This document shows, piece by piece, positions 29,336 through 39,430 of a stretch of 64,000 nt of DNA. Under the pieces are notes generated by a model. It ran no database searches and was not told the DNA's origin. It was given only the letters and a program-made list of their open reading frames with translations. The translations under genes and the position numbers were made by a program. Location of the stretch: assembly GCA_963806165.1 (NCBI GenBank), contig CAWDWZ010000003.1, positions 72,233 to 136,232 on the forward strand, written 5' to 3'. Within the stretch, counting starts at the first letter, position 1. Each line of letters opens with the position of its first letter. This stretch comes from Thermoanaerobaculia bacterium. Lineage in GTDB: Bacteria; Acidobacteriota; Thermoanaerobaculia; Multivoradales; JAGPDF01.

Positions 29336-30796
29336 TCAGTCGCCCTCTTTCTCGTCGCGCCGATCGGGCAAGTCCTGCGGGACGGTCTCCTGCATCTTCG
29401 GCACCGGCATCTCCCGACCACGGCGGTCGGCCCAGCCGGGGACGGTGCGCTGGGGCGAGCGCTCGACGGCCAGAGCGCCGTCGGGCACGTCGTGCGTGAT
29501 CACCGAGCCGGCCCCGGTCGTGGCGCGGGCGCCGATCCGGACCGGCGCGACCAGCATCGTGTCGCTGCCCACGAAGGCGCCATCGCCGATCTCCGTGCGG
29601 TGCTTGCGCTCGCCGTCGTAGTTGCAGGTCACGGCGCCGGCGCCGATGTTCGCTCCTTCGCCGACCTCGGCGTCGCCGACGTAGGCCAGGTGGTTGGCCT
29701 TCGCCTTCCTGCCCATGCGGCTGTTCTTGATCTCGACGAAGTTTCCGATCCGCGCGCCGTCGGCGAGGATCGTCCCCGGGCGCAGGCGCGCGAACGGGCC
29801 GACGCGGCAGCCGTTACCGACGATGGCCCCGTCCAGCACCGAATAGGGTTCGATGACGCAGTCCTGACCCACGGTCGAGTTGCGCAGCCAGGCGCCCTGG
29901 TGGAGGGTCGAGCCGGTGCCGACGCGGCTCGCTCCGTGCAGGGCGACATCGGCGTGGACGACACTGTCGGGGGCGATCTCCGACTCGGGTTCGATCGCGG
30001 TGCGCTCGGGAGCGAGGATGGTCACGCCGCCGCGCTGCAGCTCACGCACCTTGCGCTCCAGCAGAAGACGATGCACCCGGGCGAGATCGGCACGATCGTT
30101 GACGCCGCGCGCCTCCTCCGGATCCTCGAGCTCCACGACTTCGATCCGCCTGCCTGCCGCGGAGGCGTTGCCGAGCGCGTCGGTGAGGTAGAGCTCGCCC
30201 ATGGCGTTGTTCGGCTCGAGCGCCGCCAGAAAGTCGAAGATCCCGGGCGCGGGCAGCGCATAGAGACCGGCGTTGACGCGGGAGATCGCGAGCTCTTCGG
30301 AGGACGCGTCGGTCACTTCGACGATGCGCTCCAGCGTGCCGTCGAGACGGGTCAGAACGCGGCCCAACGTGCCGGGCTCCTTCAGCGTGGCTGCGGCCAT
30401 CGCGCCCCAGCCGGCTAGCGCCGCCCGGACGAGACGGTCGAGCGTGGCGGCGCGCACCAGCGGCACGTCGCCGGAGAGGACGAGCAGCAGGGCCGGGCGG
30501 TCGACGAGCGGCGCGGCCTGCAGGAGGGCGTGTCCGGTCCCCCTTTGCTCGCGCTGCTCCACCCAGGCGAGGTCGGTCTCCGGAAGCGCCGCGCGCACGC
30601 TCTCCGCGCGGTGCCCGACGACGACCAGCAGGCGATCGCATCCGGACAGGCGCGCCGTCGCGAGGACGCGGGCGAGCATCGGGCGACCCGCGACCTCGTG
30701 CAGGACTTTGGGGAGAGCCGAGCGCATGCGCCTGCCCTGACCGGCCGCCAGCACGACCGCGATGCGATCCGGTTCCGGGGCGAGGACGGTGGACAT
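29336..30796 (-). CDS. glmU: Bifunctional UDP-N-acetylglucosamine diphosphorylase / glucosamine-1-phosphate N-acetyltransferase
   Basis: 486 aa. LAAGQGRRMRSALPKVLH motif. C-terminal left-handed beta-helix hexapeptide repeats. Lies 2 nt from glmS. Confidence 0.95.
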   Translation of the reverse strand: MSTVLAPEPDRIAVVLAAGQGRRMRSALPKVLHEVAGRPMLARVLATARLSGCDRLLVVVGHRAESVRAALPETDLAWVEQREQRGTGHALLQAAPLVDRPALLLVLSGDVPLVRAATLDRLVRAALAGWGAMAAATLKEPGTLGRVLTRLDGTLERIVEVTDASSEELAISRVNAGLYALPAPGIFDFLAALEPNNAMGELYLTDALGNASAAGRRIEVVELEDPEEARGVNDRADLARVHRLLLERKVRELQRGGVTILAPERTAIEPESEIAPDSVVHADVALHGASRVGTGSTLHQGAWLRNSTVGQDCVIEPYSVLDGAIVGNGCRVGPFARLRPGTILADGARIGNFVEIKNSRMGRKAKANHLAYVGDAEVGEGANIGAGAVTCNYDGERKHRTEIGDGAFVGSDTMLVAPVRIGARATTGAGSVITHDVPDGALAVERSPQRTVPGWADRRGREMPVPKMQETVPQDLPDRRDEKEGD

Positions 30797-30799
30797 CGC

Positions 30800-31336
30800 T
30801 CAGCAGGAAGGGTTGAGGACGAAAGCGAACTCGGCGCGACCGAGAACCTCGGCGAAATCGGAGTCGTGCCGGGCCTGCACGCGGTTCTTCGGGTTCTGAC
30901 CGACGGCGAGCGCCAGGAGCTCCGCCGCCTCCGCAAACTCACCCTCGAGCGCCAGAATGGAGGCGGCGAGGTAGGCCATCCGTTCGTCGCGCCGATGGCG
31001 ACCGCCGCGCCGGCAAAGGGCGAGCGCGGTCGCGAACTCGCCGCGATTCTTCTCGAACACCGCGAGGAGATAGGGATCGTCGTCGCTATCCCGCGAGCTC
31101 CCGTTGCCGAGGCGCTGCTCGCAGAGGGCGAGATATTGCCGGGCCCGTTCGCCGAGGCCGGGATCGTCGCCGGTGTCGTGCAGGAGGCGGCGGAACAGTC
31201 CGGCCGCTTCCCGCCAGTGCTTCTGCTGGGCGGCGGCGACCGCCCGCCCAAAGAGCTCGAGCTGCGGATCCGGCCGAGGCCCGACCGGAGACTTCTTGGC
31301 GGCGGTTCGTGGGGCTCGGCGCTTCGGAGTGGGCAT
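30800..31336 (-). CDS. Hypothetical protein with a basic N-terminal tail and TPR-like helical repeats
   Basis: 178 aa. Starts MPTPKRRAPRTAAKKSPVGPRP, then helical repeats. Lies 3 nt upstream of glmU and 45 nt downstream of mglA. No family recognised. Confidence 0.6.
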   Translation of the reverse strand: MPTPKRRAPRTAAKKSPVGPRPDPQLELFGRAVAAAQQKHWREAAGLFRRLLHDTGDDPGLGERARQYLALCEQRLGNGSSRDSDDDPYLLAVFEKNRGEFATALALCRRGGRHRRDERMAYLAASILALEGEFAEAAELLALAVGQNPKNRVQARHDSDFAEVLGRAEFAFVLNPSC

Positions 31337-31381
31337 TCGAATGGGCGGGGAAGGGTTGGGGGGTGGGCGGGCTCGGTGGGC

Positions 31382-31966
31382 TCAGCGCTTGCGCAGCTCG
31401 ATGAGGATCTGCTTGGCCACCGCCTTCAACGTGTCGAAGATGCCCACGCCCGTCGTGGCGATGGCTTCGAAGGTCGGCTCGCGCTTGTAGTTCAGCGTGC
31501 GATACATGTCAGCGACGGGGACCACGTCCGGCAGGTCGCGCTTGTTGAATTGGAGCGCATAAGGAACCGTCTGCAGGTCGAAGCCGTGCTCGCGCAGGTT
31601 TTCCTCCAGGTTGCGGATCGATTCGATGTTGGCTTCCATGCGCTCGGGCTGGCTGTCGGCCACGAAGACCACGCCATCGACGCCCTTCAGGATGAGCTTC
31701 CGGCTGGCGTCGTAGAAGACCTGCCCGGGAACGGTGTAGAGATGGAAGCGGGTCGTGAAACCACGGATGGAACCGAGATCGAGGGGCAGAAAATCGAAGA
31801 AGAGGGTGCGGTCGGCCTCGGTAGCGAGCGAAATCATCTTGCCTTTCGCTTCCGGTGCCGTCTTGGTGTAGATGAACTGCAGATTGGTCGTCTTGCCGCC
31901 CAGGCCGGGACCGTAATAGACGATCTTGCAGTTGATCTCCCGGCTGGCATAGTTGATGAACGTCAT
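31382..31966 (-). CDS. mglA: Ras-like small GTPase MglA
   Basis: 194 aa. [41 protein letters not shown] and QFNKRD (NKxD) match the MglA family closely. Confidence 0.95.
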   Translation of the reverse strand: MTFINYASREINCKIVYYGPGLGGKTTNLQFIYTKTAPEAKGKMISLATEADRTLFFDFLPLDLGSIRGFTTRFHLYTVPGQVFYDASRKLILKGVDGVVFVADSQPERMEANIESIRNLEENLREHGFDLQTVPYALQFNKRDLPDVVPVADMYRTLNYKREPTFEAIATTGVGIFDTLKAVAKQILIELRKR

Positions 31967-32001
31967 GGCGTCTCGAGAGTCGGTCCGCGGGAGCTCTCGG
32001 G

Positions 32002-32496
32002 TTACTCGGAGAAAAGGGCGTCGATGTCCTCGTCCGTGATCTCGGAGAACGGACTCGCGTGGGTCGGGCTCGCGGCGCCCTTCTCTCCCTTCTGCTGCAT
32101 GTCTTCGAAGATGTGGTCCATCTCCTGGGTGCCGCGTTTGACCCGCAGTCGCACCAGGCCGAGCGACGAGCGGTCGTCGAAGATGACCAGCAGGATCGCG
32201 CGCTTGCCGACGATCGAGATGTGGATATGGTCGCGCTTGCCCTCGTGAAACAGGACCGAGAACTCCCGTTCGCCGATCAGCTTGGCGAGACCGTCCGTCG
32301 CCGCTACGTTGCCTGCGGTCAGGCTCGCCAGGCTGGTGGTGTCGAACTGATCGACTTCGCCCGCGGCTGCGATCTGCTGGCCGTTCTTGTCGATGAGGAA
32401 GATCGCCCGGGCATTCGCCTCCTGGCGCAGTTTCTTCAGCGCCTGGTCGAGGCGCTGGAACTCCTCCTGATACAAGACCAGCTCAGCTGAAGGCAT
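32002..32496 (-). CDS. mglB: MglB, roadblock/LC7-domain GTPase-activating protein
   Basis: 164 aa. Roadblock/LC7-like core ([16 protein letters not shown] ... FSVLFHEG). Lies 35 nt upstream of mglA. Confidence 0.85.
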   Translation of the reverse strand: MPSAELVLYQEEFQRLDQALKKLRQEANARAIFLIDKNGQQIAAAGEVDQFDTTSLASLTAGNVAATDGLAKLIGEREFSVLFHEGKRDHIHISIVGKRAILLVIFDDRSSLGLVRLRVKRGTQEMDHIFEDMQQKGEKGAASPTHASPFSEITDEDIDALFSE

Positions 32497-32528
32497 CGGA
32501 TCGGCTCTCCCAAGCGCCAGGCGGACCG

Positions 32529-33437
32529 TCAGGGCGGCCTAGTCCCTCGATAAGTCGTAGATAATACTTCACTATCGCCGAGTCGCCCAAGGTCGGCCCG
32601 GAGTCTCCCAGGCAGGTCGGTGAAGACGCCGGCGACGCCCTGAGCGAAGAGCGCCCGGGCCCGGCGAGCCTCGTTCACGGTGTAGACCAGGATCGGTGGT
32701 CCCGGTCGGGAGCCGCTGGCGGAGGCGTCCTCCCGGGCGACCCCGCGGGCGACGTGGAGGCTCCAGGCCCCGAGGTCGCTCGCGACCCGCTCGACCCCGG
32801 GCGAGAGGCGCTTGGCGAGCGGCGCGATCCGGACCTCCTGCGACCGCCGGCGGAGCTCGCCGAGGAGAGTCCAGTCGAACGACGAGAAGAGCACGTTCTC
32901 CCGCCCGGAGGTCGCTTCCAGGGCGAGCGCGGCGAGCCTTTCGGGCGCGGTCCGCCGGCTCTTGAGCTCGATGTTCACGGGAAAGCCGGCCGGCAACGCG
33001 GCGAAGAGCTCGGCGAGGGTTGGAATGCGGGCGGGGATCGTCCCGTCGAGCGCGGGATTGTCCGGAGAGTGCAGCTCGAGGGCGGCGAGCTCGCGCAGGG
33101 TCGATTCCTCGAGCACCAGATCCGGGCGCCCGGCGAGCCGCGCCAGGGTGGCGTCGTGGTGCAGGACGAGGACGTCGTCGACCGTCGACTGGACGTCGAC
33201 CTCGAGGAAATCGGCCCCTTCGTCGACTGCGGCGAGCAGTGCCGGGATCGTGTTCTCGAGCAGCGGAGCGCTGCCGCGGTGGGCGGCGATCCAGGGCGGG
33301 GGACCAAGTTTCACGACGCTGCGATCTTCCGCCGGGCGCGGCTCGCGCGCAAGCGCGCAGCTGCGCCCGGCGACGGCGCGCGACTTCTGTGAAGGAGGGA
33401 GCGAGAGGCTTCGGTAAAGGGGGTTAGGATCGTCCAT
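32529..33437 (-). CDS. Glycerophosphodiester phosphodiesterase family protein
   Basis: C-terminal 302 aa of track ORF 32529..33908, from ATG 33435-33437. GDPD motifs AAHRGSAPLLENT and FLEVDVQSTVDDVLVLHHD. Confidence 0.85.
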   Translation of the reverse strand: MDDPNPLYRSLSLPPSQKSRAVAGRSCALAREPRPAEDRSVVKLGPPPWIAAHRGSAPLLENTIPALLAAVDEGADFLEVDVQSTVDDVLVLHHDATLARLAGRPDLVLEESTLRELAALELHSPDNPALDGTIPARIPTLAELFAALPAGFPVNIELKSRRTAPERLAALALEATSGRENVLFSSFDWTLLGELRRRSQEVRIAPLAKRLSPGVERVASDLGAWSLHVARGVAREDASASGSRPGPPILVYTVNEARRARALFAQGVAGVFTDLPGRLRADLGRLGDSEVLSTTYRGTRPP

Positions 33438-33486
33438 CAGGGTCGCCAGGGAGTTCCATCGTTTCCGAGGGTTCGAAGAGGATCCA

Positions 33487-36339
33487 ATGCCAGGACGGTT
33501 GAGGTTCGAGGGAGATCGCGGCCGGCCTCGGCCGCGCCGGCTCGCCGCCGCCCTCATGATCTCGGCCGCATTGATGCCCTTTAGCGGTCTTTTCTCCCAA
33601 ACGGCACCTCCCGCGCTCGCGCCGCAGGCAGTCGAGCAGATGCGCCTGCTGATGGCGTGGAAAGAGGGGCGCAGCGGCGCCGAGCGCAAGATCGATTCGC
33701 AGCTGCTCTTCGCCCTCGATCGCCGCGACAGCCGCCTGGCGAGCGCGCTCGCCGGGATCCAGACGCTCGAGCTTCCGGACGACGGGCCTCTCGAGGTCGA
33801 TATCGATCTCACCGCGGCGGCGGAGCCGGGGGCGGTCGCGGCGCAGATCCGCGCTCTCGGCGGTGCGGTCGGTTTTTCCTCCGCACGTTTTCGCGCCCTG
33901 CGCGCCACCCTGGGAGCGGGCGAGATCCGGGCGCTCGCTGCCGATCCTGGCGTGCGGGGGATAGCGCCGGCACGCCAGGCCTACACTCACGAGCTCGTCG
34001 TCTCGGAAGGCGACCGTACGCACGCCGCCGACACGGCGCGCGCTCTCTACGGTCTCTCGGGAGCGGGGCTCAAGGTCTGCGCGCTCTCGGACGGCGTCGA
34101 CTCGCTCGCCTACTCGCAGGAGACCGGGGAGCTTCCCGCCGTCACGGTCCTGCCGGGGCAGGCCGGGAGGGGTGACGAGGGGACCGCGATGCTCGAGATC
34201 GTCCACGACCTCGCCCCGGGCGCGGCGCTCGGCTTCGCCTCCGCCTTCGGTGGCGTCGCGGCTTTCGCGCAGAACATCCTCGATCTCGCCGCGGACGGCT
34301 GCCGGGTCATCGTCGATGACGTGATCTATCTCGTCGAATCGCCTTTCCAGGATGGCAGCCTCGCCGAAGCGGTGGACGAAGTGGCCGCTCAGGGCGTGCT
34401 CTATCTCTCCTCCGCGGGCAACGAAGGGAATCTCGACGATGGCACTTCGGGCACCTGGCAAGGGGATTTCGTCGCCGGCGGCGCTCTGCCGGTGCTGCCC
34501 GGGCTGCTGCTCCACGACTTCGGGGGTGGCCAGATCTCGGAGTTGGTCCTGAAGAGCGCGCCGGCCGTGGTCCTGCATTGGAGCGATGTCTTCGGCTCGT
34601 CGGCGAACGACTACGACCTCTTCGTGCTCTCGGGGGATCTCTCCGAGGTCCTGCGCTTCTCGAACAACACTCAGGACGGCAGCGGCGATCCAGTCGAGAT
34701 CGTGAGCTTCTTCGGCTCCGGGGCGTCGCAGGGAGAGCGCATCGTCGTGGGGCGCGTCGCGGGCGCCGATCGTCTGCTGAATCTCGTCGCCTTTCGAGGT
34801 GAGCTCGCACAGGCGACGAGCGCTGCGCTGCGCGGCCACGCCGCCGCCGCCGGCGCGCTCGCGATCGCGGCGGCACCGGCCGCGGCGGGCTACGCCGCCG
34901 GCCAACCGTCCGGGCCGTATCCCCTCGCCTTCGACGCCAGCCAGCTGAGCGAGACGTTCAGCGCCGACGGACCGCGGCGGATCTTCTTCTCCCCGCAGGG
35001 CACGCTTCTTCCCGGCGCTCCGCCGGGCAACTACTCTTCGACCGGCGGCATCGTGCGCGACAAGCCCGACCTCTGCGCCGCCGACGGAGTGGCGACCTCG
35101 ATCGACGGTTTCACGCGCTTCTTCGGCACCTCCGCCGCTGCCCCGCACGCCGCGGCGCTCGCGGCGCTCTACTGGAGCGCCTTCCCCTCCGCGGGCGCGA
35201 GCGCGGTGCGCACGGCGCTCGCCGACCACGCGCTCGACATCGAAGCGCCCGGGCCGGACCGCACGACCGGCCGGGGCCTCGTCGACCTCGGGGCGATGCT
35301 CGCGGCGGCGGGCGCCCCCGAGCGCGCCAACCTCGAGCTCGGCGCGGTCACTCCGGTCGAGGCCTCCGGCAACGGCGACGCAGTCCTCGATCCGGGAGAG
35401 CGCTGGCGCCTCGACGTCGAGCTCGCGAACGTCGGCGGCGCAGCGGCGCAGGCTTTGTCGGCGGTTCTGGTGAGCCAGAGCGCCGAGGCCGTCGTCCTCG
35501 ATGCGCGCTCCGCCTGGGCGGATCTCGCGCCCGGCGCAAGCGGCGGGAGCCGCGACGGTTTCGAGATCGAGCTTGCGCAGGGCACCGCATGCGGAACGAT
35601 CCTCTCCTTCGCGCTCACGGCCTTGTATGAAGGCGGTCTCGCCCCCCAGGTGCTGCCGTTCACCCTCAGCGTGGGCGCCCCGGGCGAGCCGGTGCGGTTC
35701 GCCTACAGCGGTCCACCGGTCTTCATCCCGGATGCACTGGCGCGCGGAGTGCCCGGTCCGCCGGCCCTCGCGGAGCTCGCGGTGGGAGACCTCGGGGGGC
35801 GCCTGACCGATCTCGATCTCTCCCTCGACGGCGAACTGTGCACGATCGAACCCGGCGCGACCACGGTCGGGATCGAACACCCGTTCGTGAGCAACCTGCT
35901 GGTCGAGCTCGTGGCTCCGTCGGGAATGGCCGTGCCGATGATCCGTTTCGCCGACGGCTTCGGCAACCACTTCTGCCAGACCCGACTCGACGACCAGACG
36001 GACGGCCCATCGATCCAGAGCGTCAGCACCGGCGACGCTCCGTTCACCGGCAGCTACCGGCCGGCGCGCCCGCTGGCGCTCTTCGACGGCCAGGATCCCG
36101 ACGGTCCGTGGACGCTGCGCGTCACCGACTGGAACCCGCTGGATGTCGGCCACCTCCGCGCCTTCTCCCTGACGCTCACGCCCGCGGTCTGCCGGCCGTT
36201 CGCGGGGACGGTGGAGATCCCGGCCGCGCGTCCGGGAGGGCTCGTGGCTCTGGCGCTCCTCCTCGCGGCAGCGGCGCTCTGGCGACTGGCGCAACGCCGC
36301 GAGCGACCCGCGGGGGCCTGGAAGTCCACCGATGTCTGA
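33487..36339 (+). CDS. Secreted S8 subtilisin-like serine protease with a proprotein-convertase P-domain and an IPTL-CTERM-like tail
   Basis: 950 aa. Catalytic residues in CALSDGVD (Asp), MLEIVHDLAPG (His), SSAGNEGN (Asn) and FFGTSAAAPHAAA (Ser). P-domain-like VGIEHPFVSNLLVELVAPSG ... DPDGPWTLRVTD. C-terminus EIPAARPGGLVALALLLAAAALWRLAQRRE. Confidence 0.85.
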   Translation: MPGRLRFEGDRGRPRPRRLAAALMISAALMPFSGLFSQTAPPALAPQAVEQMRLLMAWKEGRSGAERKIDSQLLFALDRRDSRLASALAGIQTLELPDDGPLEVDIDLTAAAEPGAVAAQIRALGGAVGFSSARFRALRATLGAGEIRALAADPGVRGIAPARQAYTHELVVSEGDRTHAADTARALYGLSGAGLKVCALSDGVDSLAYSQETGELPAVTVLPGQAGRGDEGTAMLEIVHDLAPGAALGFASAFGGVAAFAQNILDLAADGCRVIVDDVIYLVESPFQDGSLAEAVDEVAAQGVLYLSSAGNEGNLDDGTSGTWQGDFVAGGALPVLPGLLLHDFGGGQISELVLKSAPAVVLHWSDVFGSSANDYDLFVLSGDLSEVLRFSNNTQDGSGDPVEIVSFFGSGASQGERIVVGRVAGADRLLNLVAFRGELAQATSAALRGHAAAAGALAIAAAPAAAGYAAGQPSGPYPLAFDASQLSETFSADGPRRIFFSPQGTLLPGAPPGNYSSTGGIVRDKPDLCAADGVATSIDGFTRFFGTSAAAPHAAALAALYWSAFPSAGASAVRTALADHALDIEAPGPDRTTGRGLVDLGAMLAAAGAPERANLELGAVTPVEASGNGDAVLDPGERWRLDVELANVGGAAAQALSAVLVSQSAEAVVLDARSAWADLAPGASGGSRDGFEIELAQGTACGTILSFALTALYEGGLAPQVLPFTLSVGAPGEPVRFAYSGPPVFIPDALARGVPGPPALAELAVGDLGGRLTDLDLSLDGELCTIEPGATTVGIEHPFVSNLLVELVAPSGMAVPMIRFADGFGNHFCQTRLDDQTDGPSIQSVSTGDAPFTGSYRPARPLALFDGQDPDGPWTLRVTDWNPLDVGHLRAFSLTLTPAVCRPFAGTVEIPAARPGGLVALALLLAAAALWRLAQRRERPAGAWKSTDV

Positions 36340-38134
36340 GAGCGCCGGGCTGCCGCAGCCGTCCGCACGTGCGGGAGCGGCAGGGGAGGTCTCGGGGCGA
36401 GCGGAGCCGGCGGAGTCAGCGACGCCCGTAAATCGCGACCTCTGGCTCTGGCTCGTGCCGGTGCTGCTCGCGGGAATCCTCTGCGCTCTCGCCGCGAGCA
36501 GCGACATCTGGGCTCCGCGCGGCTGGGCTGCCGAGCCCGGCCTCCTGTTCTTCCTGCTCGGCGCCGCGCTCGCCGGCGCGCTGCACCGTCCGTTCGGCGG
36601 CGCGGGGCTCGCGCTGGGCGCGATGATCGTCTACCCCGGCTTTGTGCGCTTCGGCGTCGTGCCGGTCGGCGGACTCGTCGCTCTCGCCCTGGTCGGCGCG
36701 GAGCTCCTGCAGCGCGCGATCGAGGCGCGCCGTGATCTGCCCCTGCCCGAGCGACGGAGCCTCTCGCGCCTCGCCGGTTGGGTGGCCATCGCCGAGCTCT
36801 CGGTGCTCTCTGCGGGTGGACTCTTCCTGCTGCTGCCCGATCGTTTCGCGCTCGCCGCGCTCCTCTCCAGCTTGGCCTGGGTCGCGATCCCCCTCGCCTA
36901 TGAGCTCGTGATCCGGCGCTCGACGCGGCGGGAGTCGGCGCTCGAATTCCTGCGCTCGCAGGCGTCGTTGAGCTTCGATCTCGGGGGTCTCGCGCTCGGC
37001 GCCCTGACGGTGGTTGCGGCCGAGCGCGGGGGTTGGGAGATCGCCTGGGTCGCCCTCGCGGCGTTCGCGCTCCTCGCCGGCGAGGCGGCGCGCAACGGCC
37101 TCGCGGCCGCCGGGGGCGTCCGCCGGCTCAACGAGGCGCAGCGCCTGCGCCGCGCCGGCGTGGCCTTAGCCGGCGGCGGTTCCGGGATTCTCGCGGTCGC
37201 CGAGCAGGTGCGTGCCGAGTGCGCCTCGCTGCTGCCTTTTTCCTGGTTTCAGCTCGAGCTCGATGTGCCCGATCAGGGGCGCGCCAGCTGGTGGGCGGAG
37301 GCCGGTGCCGCGCTCGCTCCGGGGGAGCCGGCGCCGCCACCGGTGCCGCCGGCGCTCCCGGGCATTCACCGGCGCGGGGCGTGGCAGATCGTCGAACGCG
37401 CCCTGGGCGATCCGCGGCCGATCGCCTGGGTCCGGCTTTGGTTCGATCCGCGGCGCATCGAGCCCCGGGCGCTGGAGCTCTTCGACGGCCTGTTGCCGCA
37501 GATGGCCGCCTCGCTGCGCGGCGCGCTCGTCGAACGCGCCGCGAAGGTGGACCGATTGACCGGCGCGGCATCGCGCCGGGTGCTCGAGCAGCGACTCGAG
37601 GAGGCGTTCGCCCGCAGCCGCGAGGCGGGAAGCTCGATCGCCGTGGTGATCTGCGACCTCGATCATTTCAAGCGCATCAACGACAGCTTCGGACACCCGA
37701 CCGGCGATCTGGCGCTCAAGACCGTCGCCCAGGTCCTGCTCGCCCCGGCGCGCGGCGACGATCTCTGCGCCCGTTACGGCGGCGAGGAGTTCGTGCTGCT
37801 CTTCGAAGAGACGACCGGCGAAACCGCGCTCGAGATCGCCGAGCGCCTGCGCAAGCGCGTCGAAGCGCTGGTCTGTCGGGCGGCATCGGGCGAGAGGCTG
37901 GCGCTGACCATGAGTGTCGGCGTCGCCGCGGCGCCGGAGCTCGCCGTGCGGAGCTCCGAAGATCTCTTCCACCTCGCCGATCAGGCGCTCTACGCCGCGA
38001 AGCACCTGGGGCGAAACCTCTGTCTGCTCGACACCGGCCAGGGGCGCCTGCGCACGGCGGCGGGCGAGGTGGTCGAGCTCGCCGACGGCGGCAGCGCCCA
38101 GAAGGCGGCCGAGACTCCGGTCTTCTTCGCCTAG
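36332..38134 (+). CDS. Multi-pass membrane diguanylate cyclase (GGDEF, GGEEF active site)
   Basis: 600 aa. The ATG overlaps the protease 3' end by 8 nt. ~8 predicted hydrophobic segments. Motifs DLDHFKRINDSFGH and RYGGEEFVLL. Confidence 0.85.
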   Translation: MSESAGLPQPSARAGAAGEVSGRAEPAESATPVNRDLWLWLVPVLLAGILCALAASSDIWAPRGWAAEPGLLFFLLGAALAGALHRPFGGAGLALGAMIVYPGFVRFGVVPVGGLVALALVGAELLQRAIEARRDLPLPERRSLSRLAGWVAIAELSVLSAGGLFLLLPDRFALAALLSSLAWVAIPLAYELVIRRSTRRESALEFLRSQASLSFDLGGLALGALTVVAAERGGWEIAWVALAAFALLAGEAARNGLAAAGGVRRLNEAQRLRRAGVALAGGGSGILAVAEQVRAECASLLPFSWFQLELDVPDQGRASWWAEAGAALAPGEPAPPPVPPALPGIHRRGAWQIVERALGDPRPIAWVRLWFDPRRIEPRALELFDGLLPQMAASLRGALVERAAKVDRLTGAASRRVLEQRLEEAFARSREAGSSIAVVICDLDHFKRINDSFGHPTGDLALKTVAQVLLAPARGDDLCARYGGEEFVLLFEETTGETALEIAERLRKRVEALVCRAASGERLALTMSVGVAAAPELAVRSSEDLFHLADQALYAAKHLGRNLCLLDTGQGRLRTAAGEVVELADGGSAQKAAETPVFFA

Positions 38135-38192
38135 CCGGGTCCTCCGGAGGGGACTCTTCCACTTCGTCTAGAATCCGGCTTTCGACGGCAGG

Positions 38193-39002
38193 ATGGACTC
38201 GGAGGACTTCGTGACCGCCAGTGAATCCCGTTGGGCATTGATCCTCGGCTCCTCGAGCGGCTTCGGCGAGGCCGCCGCGCGCGAGTTTGCCGCCGCCGGC
38301 TACGACATCTTCGGCGTCCATTTCGACCGCCGGCAGGCCCTGCCGCACGTCGAGGAGATCGTCGCCGACATCGTCGCCCTGGGTCGCAAGGCGCATTTCT
38401 TCAACATCAACGCGGCGGACCACGATCGGCGCAAGGAGACGGTCGCCGAGATCCTGCGCCTCGCCGGCGGCAGGCCGGTCGGCGTCCTCATGCACTCGCT
38501 GGCCTTCGGCACGCTGAAGCCGTTCATCGCCGACGACGACCGCGAGGCGATCACGCCGGCGCAGCTCGAGATGACCCTCGACGTCATGGCGAACTCCCTC
38601 GTCTACTGGACGCAGGACATGGTGCGCTCCGGCGCCCTCGCCGAGGGCGGCCGCGTCTTCGCCATGACCTCGTCCGGGGACCACATCGTCTGGAAGGCCT
38701 ACGGCGCGGTCTCGGCGGCGAAGGCGGCCCTCGAGGCGCATGTCCGCCAGCTCGCGGTCGAGCTCTCGCCGTTGGGGATCACGGTCAACGCGGTGAAGGC
38801 GGGGGTGACGGACACGCCGGCGTTGCGCAAGATCCCGGGCAACGAACAGATCGTCGAGAGCGCCAAGGCGCGCAACCCCTCCGGCCGCCTGACCACCACC
38901 CGCGATATCGCCCAGTGTCTGGTCGCGCTCGCGGCGTCCGGCACTCACTGGCTCACCGGCGCGATCCTGAACGTCGACGGTGGGGAAGACATCGCCGGTT
39001 AG
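38193..39002 (+). CDS. SDR family oxidoreductase, FabL-like enoyl-ACP reductase
   Basis: 269 aa. LILGSSSGFGEAAA (TGxxxGxG-like). YGAVSAAKAALEA (YxxxK). C-terminal GAILNVDGG. Confidence 0.75.
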   Translation: MDSEDFVTASESRWALILGSSSGFGEAAAREFAAAGYDIFGVHFDRRQALPHVEEIVADIVALGRKAHFFNINAADHDRRKETVAEILRLAGGRPVGVLMHSLAFGTLKPFIADDDREAITPAQLEMTLDVMANSLVYWTQDMVRSGALAEGGRVFAMTSSGDHIVWKAYGAVSAAKAALEAHVRQLAVELSPLGITVNAVKAGVTDTPALRKIPGNEQIVESAKARNPSGRLTTTRDIAQCLVALAASGTHWLTGAILNVDGGEDIAG

Positions 39003-39042
39003 GAGAAGCTGGAGCGGGGGCAGTGCGGCCGGATGCGCCGCG

Positions 39043-39072
39043 TTGACACTCGCGGGAAGCGTTCCGTAGACT
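39043..39072 (+). promoter_or_regulatory. Sigma-70-type promoter for the tRNA cluster (TTGACA - 18 nt - TAGACT)
   Basis: TTGACA at 39043-39048 and TAGACT at 39067-39072. tRNA-Pro starts 12 nt downstream. Confidence 0.5.
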
Positions 39073-39083
39073 CAATGGTTGGA

Positions 39084-39160
39084 CGGGGCGTAGCGCAGCC
39101 TGGTAGCGCACCTGCCTTGGGCGCAGGGGGTCCCCAGTTCAAATCTGGGCGCCCCGACCA
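39084..39160 (+). tRNA. tRNA-Pro (anticodon TGG), CCA encoded
   Basis: Hand-folded cloverleaf. Acceptor CGGGGCG/CGCCCCG. D arm GCGC..GCGC. Anticodon stem CCTGC/GCAGG with loop CTTGGGC. T arm CCCAG-TTCAAAT-CTGGG. Discriminator A plus CCA. Confidence 0.92.
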
Positions 39161-39213
39161 GCTCTTGGACGGACATCCAGAGGCAGCCGACGACAGGAGC
39201 CCTCAGCAGATAG

Positions 39214-39290
39214 CTGCCTGTAGCTCAGTTGGATAGAGCAGCGGCCTTCTAAGCCGCGGGTCGGGGGTTCGAATCCCTCCAGGCAGGCCA
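39214..39290 (+). tRNA. tRNA-Arg (anticodon TCT), CCA encoded
   Basis: Acceptor CTGCCTG/CAGGCAG (C1-G72). D arm GCTC-AGTTGGATA-GAGC. Anticodon stem GCGGC/GCCGC with loop CTTCTAA. T arm GGGGG-TTCGAAT-CCCTC. G plus CCA. Confidence 0.9.
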
Positions 39291-39337
39291 ATTGGGTCGG
39301 TCATTCAGGGAAGCGAGCGGCAGTCAGCAGGCAGTAC

Positions 39338-39413
39338 GGTGAGCGTAGCTCAATGGTAGAGCTCTGGATTGTGGTTCCAGCCGTTGGGGGTTCGAGTCCC
39401 CTCGCTCACCCCA
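39338..39413 (+). tRNA. tRNA-His (anticodon GTG) with encoded G-1, CCA encoded
   Basis: The extra 5' G (39338) pairs with discriminator C. Acceptor GTGAGCG/CGCTCAC. Anticodon stem CTGGA/TCCAG with loop TTGTGGT. T arm GGGGG-TTCGAGT-CCCCT. Confidence 0.92.
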
Positions 39414-39430
39414 TTTTCGCGCTCCCGCAG

